A DNA stretch of 64,000 nucleotides. Origin: Klebsormidium nitens. Lineage: Eukaryota > Plantae > Klebsormidiophyceae. The notes beneath the pieces were generated by a model, which saw nothing but the letters and a program-made list of their open reading frames with translations, was not told where the DNA came from and made no database searches. The position numbers and the translations under genes are program-made. Shown here piece after piece: positions 34,601 to 48,222 of this stretch (position 1 is the first letter of the stretch; the number at the start of each line of letters is the position of its first letter). Where the stretch lies: NCBI GenBank assembly GCA_000708835.1, contig DF237304.1, positions 1 through 64,000 of the forward strand, read 5' to 3'.

Positions 34601-35788
34601 CTTCTGTTGGTGCTCCATTGAGCCGTCGCATAGCCAGCGTAGCATTCTAGTCCAGTACAATACGCATTAAGAGAGTCATGCGCAGAGGAACGAGGAATTG
34701 ACTAGCGGTACTCTTTGAAGAACGCTGTTGATGTTCCTCTCGCCTCCTCGCCTCCGGAACTGTTTTCGTTCTACTTTCGATTCGAACGTGCATCATCGTA
34801 CCCCACAATTGGCTCTTTTCAGATTACATCCTTGTAACCTTGATCCTAGCGCGCTTACGTCAGCATGCCGTCACCTTCGCAGGAGGTTGCGGCCCGCGAG
34901 GCCGCCTTTTATGCGAGCCTGACGCGGCAGCGCGAGGAGGAGGCGGCCGCGCGGCGCAAGAAGGGGACGGGCACGATGACCATGCGCGAGCGACACGTGA
35001 GTGCGCGCGCGTCGCAGTTTACAGCGGTGCATTGATTCGCACACGCGGAGGTTTTGCGTACGTACTGTGTCCCTGCCATGGGCGATTCGAGGGCGTCTCG
35101 TCGGCGCAATTCCAAATGCTGAAACCACAACGCGGTTTGACTTCTGACGTTACAGTAGTCGCTGCCGTCTTCGCCGAGGGCACATGGTGTTGTTCGTGCA
35201 GTCGGAGAAGGCGACATTTGTGCTTGGTTCTTGATCTTGGGCCGTTTTCGAAAGGAAGCTCAACCTAATCCAAGAGTCTGGACTGACGTGGCTGCGGCAA
35301 CATTCTCTCCATTGCTCGTAGTGCATGCCTTCGTTAGACTCCGTTCAAATTTGTGCGAGACTCCTCTTGTACCTGGTTTGATGGCCGGAATGGCTACGAC
35401 CAAAAGGCCTTGGTCCCGGTTGTCTTCCAAGGGCCCGTACTATTCTCCTGAGTCAAAGTTGCATGCCTAGAGGCCACCACAGATTTTTCCGGAATATGTG
35501 ACGGTTGATCAATCTCCTATGGCAGCTGGCCAAGATTCAAAAGGAGCAGATGCTGGAGCGCTCCGTTCAGAGCACGGAGTTCGCCTTTCCGACCGCGGCG
35601 AGCGCTTCAAACGCTAACGGTGCGTCGGGACAAACTCATCTCAACTCAACTTTTCGTGTATCTTGTTTCATTTGAATCTACTCTTTGTCGACGGGTGTTC
35701 GTGACTCTACTTTCTAATCTCTTTACGAACGTGATTAGGCGAAGGCCGCCGATGTCAGGAACGAGGTCCAGACTTGGATGATGGTTGA
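25693..35788 (+). CDS. CFAP69: Cilia- and flagella-associated protein 69 homologue (ARM-repeat), multi-exon; first and last exons tentative
   Basis: Collinear blocks resembling animal CFAP69 from memory: ELLWNVLE, RGYKKGDKELLNDLLIV, WTASQLHELQ, LCEGNEEAQREFRKEGG, LECVWRCV...LADVTENPK, QHIQFQEGRAWADIE. Splice phases are consistent for exons 25693-25799, 26047-26161 and the exon from about 26690. Confidence 0.78.
31361..32282 (+). repeat. Four intronic partial copies around one CFAP69 exon: 5' half at 31361-31452 and 31561-31650; 3' half at 32018-32133 and 32164-32282
   Basis: Direct alignment by eye to the live exon at about 31766-31978. Confidence 0.9.
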
Positions 35789-37144
35789 ATCGTTTCTGTT
35801 TGTCAAGGCTGAAAGATTTCTATGCGTAGCGTTTAAATGGGGATCCGCACGAGGCTCGCCAGAGGCGTTTGAATCGCTCTCCTCTGAACAAAAAAACAGA
35901 GGAGTAGGACAAAGCGACCAGGTAAAGTGCCAAAATCCTTAGCAGCTGCGTGCTTGGTTCGTAGGATGGAAGATTGTCAATCTCGCCAAGTGATCGGCTT
36001 TTCAGCGTGATAGTACTGCAGAAAAAGTCGGATACACCCATTGCTGACTCGGATGCTTGCCACCTCGGCGGTTGAGCATTGCAGGAACGTCTGGCTTTTG
36101 CATCTTTCTCGTTCGTCCAGCAATTCGCTACCTGAAATCCGCTTAGATTCTGTGAGGACACTTCATCTAAGTTTATCCAACTGGCAGTGAGCTGGCAACG
36201 GCATGTTCCTTCATTTGAGCGCTTCCTGAGTGCTGCGCTAGTGTCTTACTCTATCTAGATGATTGTCCGGTTCATCAACACTACTGTATTCGGTTTCCCA
36301 TTCTGGGCCCAATCTATACTTTTCGGAGCGCAGATGCATTGACCATGAGAAGCCTATCAAAAAGTCTCTGCTCTTTGGCTGCAGAACAACCAGTGACGAA
36401 CGGTGACCCAGCAAACCCGTCCTAGGTCAGATGGATCAGACTGTAGGGAGGTGCCCGAATGAACCCACGAATGAAGTGAAAGCCGGTATTTCGGAAAGGC
36501 CGCTGATTGATCGAACAATCGTCACGGTGATTTGTACGTACATAAATCCAATGTGGCTCGAACGAAGTTGAGCTGAGACCACTTCCGTCCCCAACGGGAA
36601 TGATCGGCGTTTGCGACGTAAAGTGTCTGAGTCGCATGCTCATGCCATTCAAGTATATGCAAGCATTGTATGTTGCCAACTCGCTAGTAGAGCGATCTAG
36701 ACGAGCATGCACGTTGCTGACGCCCTCAAACTTTTCCGCGTGCTTCCGGAACACCGGGATACAAGGCGCGTCGAGTTCAAGTGTTTGAAGGACTATGCCG
36801 AGCTCTTGTTTTGAGGTGAGCATCTACATCTGCATATGTGTTTACACGGTACGAATAACATATACGTATAACATGTGGCTGATGAGACAGATTTAGCCAA
36901 CCCAGTGGGGTACTCCTCGTAAAACGGTGTCCTTTCGTGTCGCATTGCGATTGTGTGGCCCGTCCTTCTCAATCTGGTTGATGAGTCACGCCTCTTGAAC
37001 AGTTCGAAGGTCAGACCCTCCATGTGGTCCACTAATCCGATCAATCATGTGTACGTCCCTATACTGTTAATGGCGGAGCCTGGAGTACATCAGGCTTTGT
37101 CAAAACCATAACATGCGGCCTGACATATATCCATCCCGATTTGA

Positions 37145-40100
37145 ATGGCCGGGATAACCTTTTACAACTCTGAGCATCATTCTTTGTGGCAGCAACGTAG
37201 GATGCTGCTGCATACGGTAGTCGCACACAAGTCCGAGTCGCCGGCGGCAGGGCCGCGGACCCCACGGAACAACCTGGCGGAACGGCATGATCTGCGGGCG
37301 GAAGCGGAAGCCGCACACACGTGCTTGGCAGCTGGCTCCAGCTGGCAGGTTGTGCAGTCTCCTGACTCCTGCATCGGGGGTCACTGGTGAAGTCAGAAAT
37401 CCGGGCAGTGGAACTTGGGAGGGAAAATCCCTGTCCTTGCATATGAATCATGATTCAGGGGAAGGGAAATCCCTGTCCTTGATTCGAAGGCCCAGGGCGC
37501 AGTGTGAACTTTGAAGGCTATGTACGTGAAGGCTCTGAAACGCTGGTGTACTTTGCCCCCTGAAAGTTCTTCCCAATTTTAGATTTTGCCCTTCTCTTCT
37601 TGGGGGAGGGTTGAAAGGTTGCATGCAGCACTTCTGGAACATTGTTTGAGCAATCAAGGAGAGCTTGAACTGTTGGAAGCCCCTAATTGAGCTGCATCTG
37701 GTGGTGGTTGAGGTAGCTGAAAGCACGGACTTTGCTCTGCTGTTCAAAGTCCAGCAAGGTTGGCTATTGTGCATATCTCGGAAGGATATCCTAAGGGCTG
37801 ATAGGTTGCTGTTGGAATCACAATTTATCAAGTCAAATAAGGAGTTCCAACAATCACTGTTCGATAGAGAAACACCAGACAAATCTTGCGGACACCCCGG
37901 AAACGAGAGCCGTCAAAGCGTGGCTTGAACTAAGCTGCCAGATATTACGGCATAGCTCAGCACTACTCCCAGGTTTTCAAGCTGGTCGGACTTTTTCTGA
38001 GCTCTGCGGAGCGACATCCATAGTAGGAATGTTCACCTACTTCTTTACAGCGAGTGCGGATGGTTTGGGGCAGGGGCCAGTCACACCAGCGGCCATTTAC
38101 ACCAGCAACCGCTTCTGCCCGCACCAACCACACATTGCAGCCCTGTCCAGCTTGTCTGCTAGCGGATTGCAGTGCCGGTGCGGGCAGGTTTTCAAAGATG
38201 CGGGCGCGTTTGCTATTTTACCTCCGGGGGATCCCCTTATGGTAGATCAGGTGAGTCAGACTTTTGCAGTTTGCAGTTTGCTATCTGGTTTTTAAGCATT
38301 AGACTTGGACCACGGGGAAACGATCTTATTGGCCTCACTGCACGCTAGGTTTGTGTTTCTCAGGTGAAGCAGGGCCAAGTTGTTCCACAGAAATGCACAG
38401 ACTCTCACAACAAGCCCCCTCAGCAGGTTTTGTTGCAGCTCAAGGGTCACCCTCCTGGTTTTTGCTCACCTGTTCAGAAATCATGCGGGCGCCTGCCCGT
38501 CCTAAAGCAGATTGCTCTCAATCTCATACTGAGTATTCGTTTGGAAACATCAACCTTTTGATCATCATAAGCTCTTCCTTTGCTCTTTTTGGTAAAAGAC
38601 ATTAACTTTGAGTCCGCAATGAGAACCCCCGGGCCGCTTGGCGAGAACCCCGCGCAAATGGCACAAAGCAACGTGTCCTCACAATAAAGCTCACCATCTG
38701 CATGACACTTGACGTACTCCCCAGAAACTTTTCAAAATGTCAGGCGAAATAGACTGACATTTTGAAGCTTACTACAGTGCGCGCCACGTGACAGGTCCAT
38801 TCCTTCGCGCTGACAGCCAGTGATGGCGCCCGCACCTACGGCTTCTGCCGGCACATTGCTCCCTTTGGGGGAGACTTGAAAGGCCCTGTTCAGCCGACGG
38901 TCGCATGCATCCTGTCCAGCCACTACTGGCCCAGCGTATTCCAAGAAGTGCTCACAGTCTTGGAAGCGCTCCTCTCGACGCCGCTCGATTCAACCGCCCC
39001 CCAAACAGGGCCTTCTGAATGGCTGGCGCCCCACTCCCCGGCCAGTCAATTCTTGGAGGCCCTGTTGGAGACCCGGTTGCCGCCGCCGGGAGACCTTTTC
39101 TCAGTCCGCAGAGTCATCTCCAAACAGCAAGTGGACCATCCCCCTCCAGAACAGGGCCTCTCGCCCCTGCACCTTCTAGACGCGTCCCCGGTGAATGTGC
39201 TGGGTTTGGAGGGGGGGGGCATTGCCTGGGCCGACAGACTCAAATCGACCCCCCCTGACGAGAGTCCTTCCGGAGTCCTCGACGCCTTTGACGCTAACAA
39301 CCCCTTCGACCCCCCTTTGTACGACACCGATGTGTCCCCTCCCCAAACACGCCCCGACACCCCCGCACTATCGTCCCCCGACTCACAACCTCCCCCCCCG
39401 GATCAAGCCCCTGACGACCCTCCCGCCAGTCCAAGCAATGACAGTTCCTTCAGCAGTTTCTCTAGCTTGGGCTTTATTTCCCCCGAAGTGCCGCACTTAG
39501 AGGGAGCCACCAGCCCGCCACGTCGCGACGCGGCTGAAAACGGGGCCTCGGAGCCGAGTGTGAGCGGCAGGCTGGAGGGCTGGGAGCTGGTGTACAGTTT
39601 CGAGAGGCCATGGGACGTGGAGGGGGATCCCCTGGCGGACGCGTCGCTGGAGCCCCTCCTGAGGTTGGTCCCGCCGCAAGTGGTGAGCGACCCGTGATCC
39701 CGTTCCACTCGTGATTCCGTTCGACTCTTAATTCCGTTTTTCAGGATTGAGACTCCTTTCCTTTTGTGCGCTTACTCGCGTCCCTGCAGTCAGGCGCTTG
39801 TACGGAACGGCAGGTTTACGTATCGCCACTATATCTGATCCCGCCGGCTTATCTTTCCTTGCTGTTCCCATTGGAAGTAGTGAGTGTGGGACACCTGGGA
39901 GTCAAGTTCTGAGTATCATTGGTCGACTTTGCGACTGACTTGGTTCTACCGCCCCCCTCTTGTCGGCTGGCATTCCCATGCCAAGTCTTGGAGGTTTTTG
40001 GGTCTTGGCGTTCACCAACTCATGGCGCGATCGCATACTGGCAACCAGTAGTGGCTCTTTTCAGATGCATATACACTTTCAACCCTTTGTTGAAGTAACT

Positions 40101-42740
40101 CACGTTTGCTTCTGTCTATAATTCTTGGTCGTAACCCTCATCTAGCTGACTTCATCCTGGTGTCAAGAGAGGAGGTTGAATGTAGATGACGGCTCTGAAA
40201 GGGAGCCCGCCTGGTCGAAAACCCTCGTGTTACGCCTCCAACTCTTTGAATCTTCTAAAGTGTATATTCTCTTCAACGATGTTGCTTTCCGCTGGATTGG
40301 CCCTGGGTCATGTGTCCGCTTTCAAGCAACGCCTCTTTCTCTTCCAAGGTATGTAATTGATGATTCTTCTCGTGCTTCACGGGTTTTGACCATGTGAGGA
40401 ACCCCTCGAAACCGCTCCTATTCTCCGGAAGAACGTCCCGCTTGTTACGCTTGTTATGGTGAAAACCCGTTTCGCGTCAGAAGCATGCTCCGTAAATTCA
40501 AGCAGAAGGAATCGTAATTTCGACCAAACCCGTTCACAATGCAGAACGAGACATCCGAAACCAGTTTGACAAATCTTTCTGCTTTTGCGAGCGAACAATC
40601 TTGAGGCATTTCTTGTGTGTCTGACCAGTCCTTCTGTTTTTCCGCAGTTGGTGGCCCTTCTTGCGGCTCTCCTGCGCGAACGACGCATCGCTATCGTCGG
40701 ACCGAGCCCCGGTGACGTTAGCGGCGCCGTGTTCGCTCTCGCGGCCATTCTCCACCCCTTCCAATGGCAGCACATCTTTCTACCGGTAAGTAATCCGCCC
40801 GGTTTCAGAGCCTTTGAAAGCTTTTCTGAGTTGCTCAACGTTCTTCCTCGTGACTGCGGGCTTCAAGAAGGGAGCGGTTGACCGTGGGAGAGAACAGTGC
40901 AGTTTCGACCGCAACATTTCTTGCCATGTGCGCAGTGTAATTTGGAAGGGCACCTTGGTCTTTGCTTGGCAGAATCATTGCATCTGAGCTGAACAGGGGT
41001 CGCTACATCAGACCTGCTGGTGTGTGTCTCAATTGCAATCGGAACGAGCGTCTCTTTGTGCTTCTCTTTGGCCTCGGCACTTTGTACTTCGCTCGAGAAA
41101 GGGGTCGTCAGCTTCTAATGGTACATATTCATACTTCGATGATTTGGCTCTTTGCTGATCAAGCCTCCAACCTCTATTACCACGGTTCAACTGTCGCCCT
41201 GCCGTTTAAGACCCCGCTCGAGACGTTAGGAGGTCCATAAAGATGCAAGTCAAGTGCGCTGGCACATTTCAAGTGTTCTCGCAGGATTGTCGATGTTCGC
41301 TCGTTGTGGGCTTTCATACAAGCTGACTCGCGCGCAACAAGCACCCGTGTTGCGCAGGTGGCCAGCTGACCATCTATCGGGTCGCTCCTCTAGTTCCTGA
41401 CCACCTGTAAGATTCTCATTAGGGAACATAGTCACTCAAGGAGGCTCGAAGATTGGAGACTTACGAAGGTTTTCTATATGTGTGCCCTTCTTTTTGCAGA
41501 CCCTTCCGGAGGCGTTTCTGCATTACCTGTCGGCGCCAATGCCTTTCCTCGTTGGGGTACAGAGTGCCACGTGGCAGAAGCTGCAAGTAAGCGCGTAATC
41601 TTGCTACCTCCGCACCTGAACAGACAGGCATGTGTCATTCTTTGCGTTTTCGGACTGCCGTTGAGTGTTCTGCTTCGATCATACCAGAATTGATTCAGAA
41701 TGCCAAACCTTAACGGGGCGTCTCTTCGTCCTCAGGCCAGATGTTTCTGATCATTGAATCGAAACCGTGTCGGCTGAAGACTTGCACTTCTCAATGGCAC
41801 GTGGTTGACCCTGATTCTGTCTATCCCGCTTTTCTTTGCAGAGCGAGGACATTTCTTTGGGCGACATCGTGGTGCTCGACCTGGGCCTTGGGTCGCTCTT
41901 CTCCTCCTTCCCCGACCGCAAAGAACTTCCCAAAGATCCCGCCTCTAGTTTAGAGACCAACCTGCGGGCCGCCTATTCACACCTCTCCCCCCCCGCCGCA
42001 CGCGACGCATTCCTCCGCTTCTTCCTCTCCCTATTCGGCTGGTACCGACGCTTCGTCCGCTTCGACGGGGGGGGGCACGTGGCACGCCCGGATTCGCCGT
42101 TCGGGGGTCCGTCCGCCACGTGTCACCTGTGGTTCGACCACCGGACGTTCGTGGAGAGCGTCCGGGATAAGAAGACGGCCGCGTTTCTGAACGGCTTCCA
42201 GGGCTCGCAGATGTACGAGGCGTTCGTGAGGGAGGTCCTTGCGAGGGCTGCTCGGTGCGCTAGCGGAGAAGACCCGTTCTCGACTGAGGTGCGCCCGGGT
42301 TTCGTCATCGCTTCTGGTCGTCGCAAAGTCAGTCTGGATATCCATTTTATACCACTTTTGTACGGCTGTCCTTCACTTCCACAAAGAGGATCCTTTCCCA
42401 ACCGAGGTGAGGCTAGGTCTGCCATTTTCGGTCGTTGCAAAGTTAAAATGAATGTCCTCTTTGGCCGGGTTCCGTAGGGCTTTATTTTGCTTCCTCATAT
42501 GTAACCTTTTTTTACCACGGAAGTAAGCCTTGGTTATATCTTTCCTCTATTGCTCATCGATCACGTGTCTTGCTTTCCGAATTCGGGTATTGTTCTCTGT
42601 GGAGGCATCTCTGTTGTTCCTCTTGCCCGAGGGCGATTTTCGTCCTTTTACCATGTTCAGCGCCCCCAGCGCCCTCAAGAAGGCCCAAATGAATTTTAAA
42701 ATGAGGGGAGGGGCCAAGACGGGCATGCGTGACCGTATGA
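37145..42740 (+). CDS. DENN-domain protein (putative Rab GEF), multi-exon; core about 38797-42287, ends uncertain
   Basis: uDENN FALTASDGARTYGFCR; cDENN ALLRERRIAIV...AILHPFQWQHIFLP and YLSAPMPFLVGV; dDENN AFLRFFLSLFGWYRRF...FLNGFQGSQMYEAFV. Confidence 0.85.
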
Positions 42741-44508
42741 GTACGGGGCGTGTTAGATACTCTTGTGGCCATTCTGGTTGTGCGCTTGTTTATCTGCATT
42801 TTGCTTTCGGCCGTTACGAAAGTGCAAGCGATCGCGGTCGGACTACATCTGCTGCATCTCTCCCTTTCTCTTCGTCCCTCGCTCCTTCTTATTTTCTTTG
42901 TTGCTATATGCGCTCGAATGAAGAGGGCTCCCTCGGAGCAGGAAGCTTGTTTATTGAAGTCTTCTAGCTTTGAGCCATGCCGGCTCCGTTTCATCAACTT
43001 GTTTCTTGCATATTTGACTCGGGTTTCTGCCTCACTTTCTTTCCGGGTTCTTGAAATGAGCATTTCGAGCTATGAAGAGCTTACATTGAATCAAATTATT
43101 CTGTGTTGGTGGAAGGAGGCCAATGCTTCACACTATTCAAAGATTAACAGGGCGAGGCGAGGAACAGTTTGATCTACAAAAATTTTCCTTTTCAGTTCAT
43201 CTGCTCGTTTGTGTTGGAAACGGTTACGAGTCAAAATGCTTAAACCCGAAGTACTCACACGTCCTCAACGCTCATGCTCTCCAAACATGAAGTCTGACTT
43301 TTCGATCTGCATATGATTCGTGCAGGTTCGAAGACTCTATGATCAGAGTTCCTAAAGGTGGTCTGTGTAGGCTTCCTTCGTTGACGCATGGGGTTACATG
43401 AGGACGAGGCCTTTCAAACAGCGTATCTGCAATCCAATTCAACGGCTTGCTTGAGCATGGCTATGACCTAGACCCTTCAGAAGGACACTCCAGATTCGAG
43501 TCTGGCTTTATAATGCAAGTGTTGTGAGTTCCTGCCAGTTGCATGCACGGCAATATGCGCGCCCGCCAGCATAAATTTCGATTGTCATGGGCACTTGCAG
43601 CAAGCCAAGTAGCGTAATCGTGGCCTTTAGCTAGTCACTGTCGGGTTATTGCACCTACCTCAAATGTCATGCATGTCTAAGAATGGCAATTGGCATGACA
43701 CGGTTGTATATCGCACGGTAAGCTGCCATGTATTTGCTTGTACTTGAGTTGGGATCGGATCTAATCCATGCATGTTGAAATGAAAATAGCGCTCTTCTTG
43801 ACATATTTCAGACTCCTTACTGGCTGCAAGTTCATGTTGATCAGCTTCTCAGCTAGGCTCCTGCATCCCCTCGGTGAACTTCGGCAATCACACTCTTGAT
43901 CGAATGTTGCAAATGGATCATAACGAAATTGCACCATATGAATTCATCATATCATTTCATCATTTGCAATTAGTAGGGAGACAATTATACCGTTGAACGC
44001 GGTCAGAAGTGTTATAACATTCATAGGGGTATATATCCTGACTGATATGTCCAAAAGCCGGTGACAATGCAGAATTAACTGCTATATACGTGCTGACGTG
44101 CGCGCTAGTTTGTGAACAAGGCAACTCGAACAAATGTTCCTAACCGCACACAGCCGGCATAACTTTATGCACGCCTGCCAGGCGCTATCCATGCTGCAAA
44201 CTGGAGTGCCAACTTGAATGAGGTATCAAATGCATTGTGCTGAATTACGATTTTGTTGCACAGGGTCGGCCCGCGAATGCGAGAATGCAGAGATCCGGTA
44301 GTAGGTACCTAGGTCACGTAGTTGGGTACCGGGATCGACGAACCTTACGGAACCTGGTTTGGGCCTCTACGGTACTACCTAGGTAAGTACCCACCTGCCT
44401 AGGGTTCAATTTCCTGGAAGGTACCTACCGGCTAGTACCTTCTTAGAAGGCGCGAATCGGTCCAAGCAGGTACGTACCGGTAACACCACCTGGCAGGGGG
44501 GTACCTAC

Positions 44509-44793
44509 CCGTAGTGGCACGACCCTTTCACACCTCCTCGCTGCGAACAATTATTTTTTCGCTTTTATTTTTTCACACCAGCCCAGCGACCAATTTCAAA
44601 TTTTCACACCAAAGAGCAAACCCCAGGAAGTTAGCAGTACAAACCTTGTTTTTTTGCATGGAACCACAACCCTGCAACCCTAACCAGCTTTTCCTTGTTT
44701 CACTATTTCACACCGGCCTGTTCAGAATTATTTATTTTTTTCACACAAGCCCAGAATAATTATTTTTGGTGTGAAAGGGTCGTGCCACCACGG
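44509..44793. mobile_element. MITE-like non-autonomous DNA transposon, 285 bp
   Basis: 26-bp TIR CCGTAGTGGCACGACCCTTTCACACC (one mismatch) at 44509-44534 and 44768-44793; flanking TAC on both sides; internal repeated TTTCACAC motif. Confidence 0.75.
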
Positions 44794-45402
44794 TACCTTA
44801 GGACCGGGAGGTACGCACGTAGTACGCACTACCGTACCTAGAATGCACCTCGCGCGCGCAAAACGTGATGGTGTCAGCCGGTTCATCATCCAAATTCACG
44901 TGGGTCCTCGCTGGCGGCTGCCACAATGCACTGTACGACGTCGGGCATGACCAAATACATGCATATTCAAACAGCGCGGATACCACCTTTCCAAAAGCTC
45001 ACAGCAGGTTTGAGGTGGGATCCACGTGCTTCCAGGTGCGGGCCACGCTGATCATGTGATTCTCGTGAGAGTGGGGAGAACTTAGAAGAATCCAAATCCT
45101 GTGTGTGACTTCCGAGCCCACAATTGGTCTCGCACCACAGATCTCCACACACCAAACCGCTTGCGAAACAGATTCGTGGTGACTTCCCCTTCCCCAGCTT
45201 TAAGTTTGACCCAGCTTCGACCAGCATGCATGATTCAGATTCTCTAGCTAGCTGACGAGTCGGCAGGGCGCCGCAAGAAGGGAAGTGCTAAACTGGGGCG
45301 GGGTCCTCCTTGGGCGTCTGAGTGCAACCAGCTCCTCTGACCTTCTAGCCTGTTAGTGGAGTTTCAAAAGAATACCAGACAACGACCGTGGGAAGGAGGC
45401 AT

Positions 45403-48222
45403 ATGCAAGACAGGATGCAGTCGATGCAGTCCCCGCGTCTAGTTGCGGTGGGCCCCATCGGGCCCGACATGGCGAATGCAGCTCTGTTGCAGGGGCACTA
45501 TCCGTTCATGGGGTCCGCTCAGCAGATGCAGCAGGTGCAGCAGATCTTCCAGGGCCAGGGGATGCCCTATCCCCATGGGATGCAGATGAACGGCAAAGGT
45601 CATGGGGGGACTGGGACAAGGAGCGGCGTGTGTGCGTCCCGCCACATGGCCGCAGAGCAGAGGAGAAGAGCGCGTATCAATGAACGGTGAGGTGTTGGAG
45701 CATGTATCTCTCATCTTTCTTTGATTGTCTGAACCACGACATGGTGACTCTTTGGAGGGGCTTTTGACAGTCTTCATGTAAAGTTCTATCTGCCAGTCCC
45801 TGGCCCTCTTCAATTGGGGTAGCACGCACTGGCTGATTTGGTTCACTTCCCAGCTGAGGGGGGGACTCCTTTTCGTTGGCTTCCTTTGTGTTCTCTCTCA
45901 GTTCTCAAGTGCAAGGAGCTGCTTGTGGAGCTTTTTGCGGGAACCTTTATCAGTGTTGCGGTGGCATTCCCAATATTCCTCTGCTTCTGAGTTGGTGGAG
46001 CTGCCTCAAGCTCTCTGAAGGAGCTACAACACTCTGTGGCCTTCAACTTTGTTGAGTGGCCCTCCCTGTTGCAGACTGTTAGGCGCTGCTTTCATTGCTG
46101 TACTCAGATACAAGGTGTCAGTTTGCTACTGGTATCCAAGTTGCAAATGAGGACCTTGTGCCAGCTAGGAGCATGCATAATGTGTACTCGTTGGCTGGTG
46201 TGCTGGCTGGTTGGTCATAGAGCTGGTTGAAAGTAATAAGAAATGAAGGGGCTGTTTTGCTTGGCATGTCTGCCAACAAACAAAGCTCACGAGCAGAAAG
46301 TAGTATGTGCGTATTTAACACTAGCTGCGTGACATTTAAGCCAGCCTAACCCGAGCATTCTCCTGTATACGGTTGACATGTGCACTTTATCAGCTGGAAG
46401 CACACTAGCGTGCAGCCTAACCCTAATATTTCTCGGAATAAGCAATGGCTGAAGTATGTATGCTGGCCTTGGTACGGATAGTGTAGACACTCATGGTGTG
46501 AACATTCCCCTGTCTTTGCCAGGTTGGAGGCCCTACGAAGCCTGGTCCCCCACTCCGCCCGCGCCAACACCGCCGCCTTTTTGGAAGAGGTGTACGACTA
46601 CATCAGTGCACTGCACAAGCAGCTCGAGCGGCTCGGCGGGGGCCCTTTTGCGACTCCAGGGCCGTCCCCCCCCACTGCGATGCTCGACCCTCCCGCTTCC
46701 AAGATGGCGAATACTGGCGGGGCAACTCAGCTGACGGGAAACAAGCGCGAGCGCAGCGTCAGCGAGGAGAGCGACATGCAGGCCGGGCACCACGGCCTGG
46801 AGGAGATGACCGGGAACAAGAGCCAGTTTGCGCCATACCTGCAGGCAGCGCTCCTGCCGGGGTCGCTTCCGGGGTCGCCGCTCTTTGGGGCGTCCACCGC
46901 TCCCATGGTCATCCCAGAGATGTCTCTGCGCTCGATGATGACAGAGGGCCTGCGGCCTGTCGCGCCGGTGGCCCCAATGCAGCAGGTGATGGCGCCTATG
47001 CAGCAGCAAGCAATGGGGCAGCGGCCGATTGGGAACGGGTCGATGCACAATCTGCTGGAGAATGGGCTACAGAGGATGCCATCACCATTGGAGAATGGGC
47101 TGCAGAGGATGCCATCGCCAGTGGCGGAGGAGCAGGGACTGGGCCCCCAGGCGGACGACGGGAAGTTGGCAGTCGCGCCAGGGTCAGTTGCTAGCCTAGG
47201 TTGTCTCACGGCGCCACCATTTGCCGGTCAACGACTTTCTCATTGTTGACCGTGTGCAAAGCGCTGGCTTCTCTTGCTTGATTTCCTGTTGCGCTCGCCG
47301 CTTGTCTGTGGAGATGAAGAACTGTGTTTATAGGAGTCGGTGGGGTGATTGGAAAGTGCTGCCCTCATTGTCGAGGCACATTGAGTGTGTTGCTTTGAGC
47401 TGTTGCTTAGATGCAGATTTAGGCAGAGCCAGCTAATCTCATCTGGTTCATGTTATACATGTGATGCTCCTGCAAAACCCTCTTCTCGTCGCAGGCGTTT
47501 TTGAGGTTCAGCTCCTGATCATGATATCATAAAAGGAGTCGCTTTGCTTTGTAATCATCAAATGTTTAGTTTTGCTTCTATTTGCCACTGAATATATCAA
47601 CTGGCCACTGAATATTCTGATGCGTAACTGGCTCCCTCTGTGTCTTGCCAGGCCTTCTGAAGAGATTGCTCCGGAAGGAGAGCTTCTGGGGTCCCCCCAG
47701 CAAGAGCGTGAGCTGTCTGCGGAGGTGGAAGGTACAGAGGGAGCGGGGACGAGCCAAGAGGAGGCCGCGGCAGAGGGGGAGCTGGCAGCACCCAAGAAGC
47801 GCGCCAAGAAGTCGGGTCCCACCGTTGAGATGTGCGGAATGAAGGCCAGAAACGTGCAGGTATGAGAGTCACTTGCAAGCTTGTGGATGGGGTAAAAAGT
47901 GGTCTTGACAGCAACTGTGCTTCAGGCGCTTGTGCACTTGTCTCTTAGACGGAAATGGTCTTGCTTTTGGTGGTTCAAAATTTGCATGAGCATTCTGATG
48001 CAAGCTACCGCGAAACAGAGCCAGGAGTTTCAGGATTTGCCTTTGCTCCGGCAATGGACATCCCAGCCATGCTGCATGGCTTCAGCGGCCGTCAGTTTAA
48101 AGTAATCATTGATGCAGGCTGGAAGCTAATCTACATCGATGTTGTTCATGTCGTCTGTAAAGTTTGTCTCTCTATCTTTGCAGGGAGTGCATCGCCCCAT
48201 CCCCATGAAGCCTCAGGCTTAG
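45403..48222 (+). CDS. bHLH transcription factor, BIM-like; exons 45403-45686, 46523-47182, 47652-47860, 48184-48222 (last exon tentative)
   Basis: SRHMAAEQRRRARINER|LEALRSLVPHSARANTAAFLEEVYDYISAL is a bHLH with the H-E-R DNA-binding triad; phase-compatible splice sites. Confidence 0.85.
47053..47118 (+). repeat. 33-bp tandem duplication inside a bHLH exon (LENGLQRMPSP x2)
   Basis: Directly visible, in frame. Confidence 0.9.
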
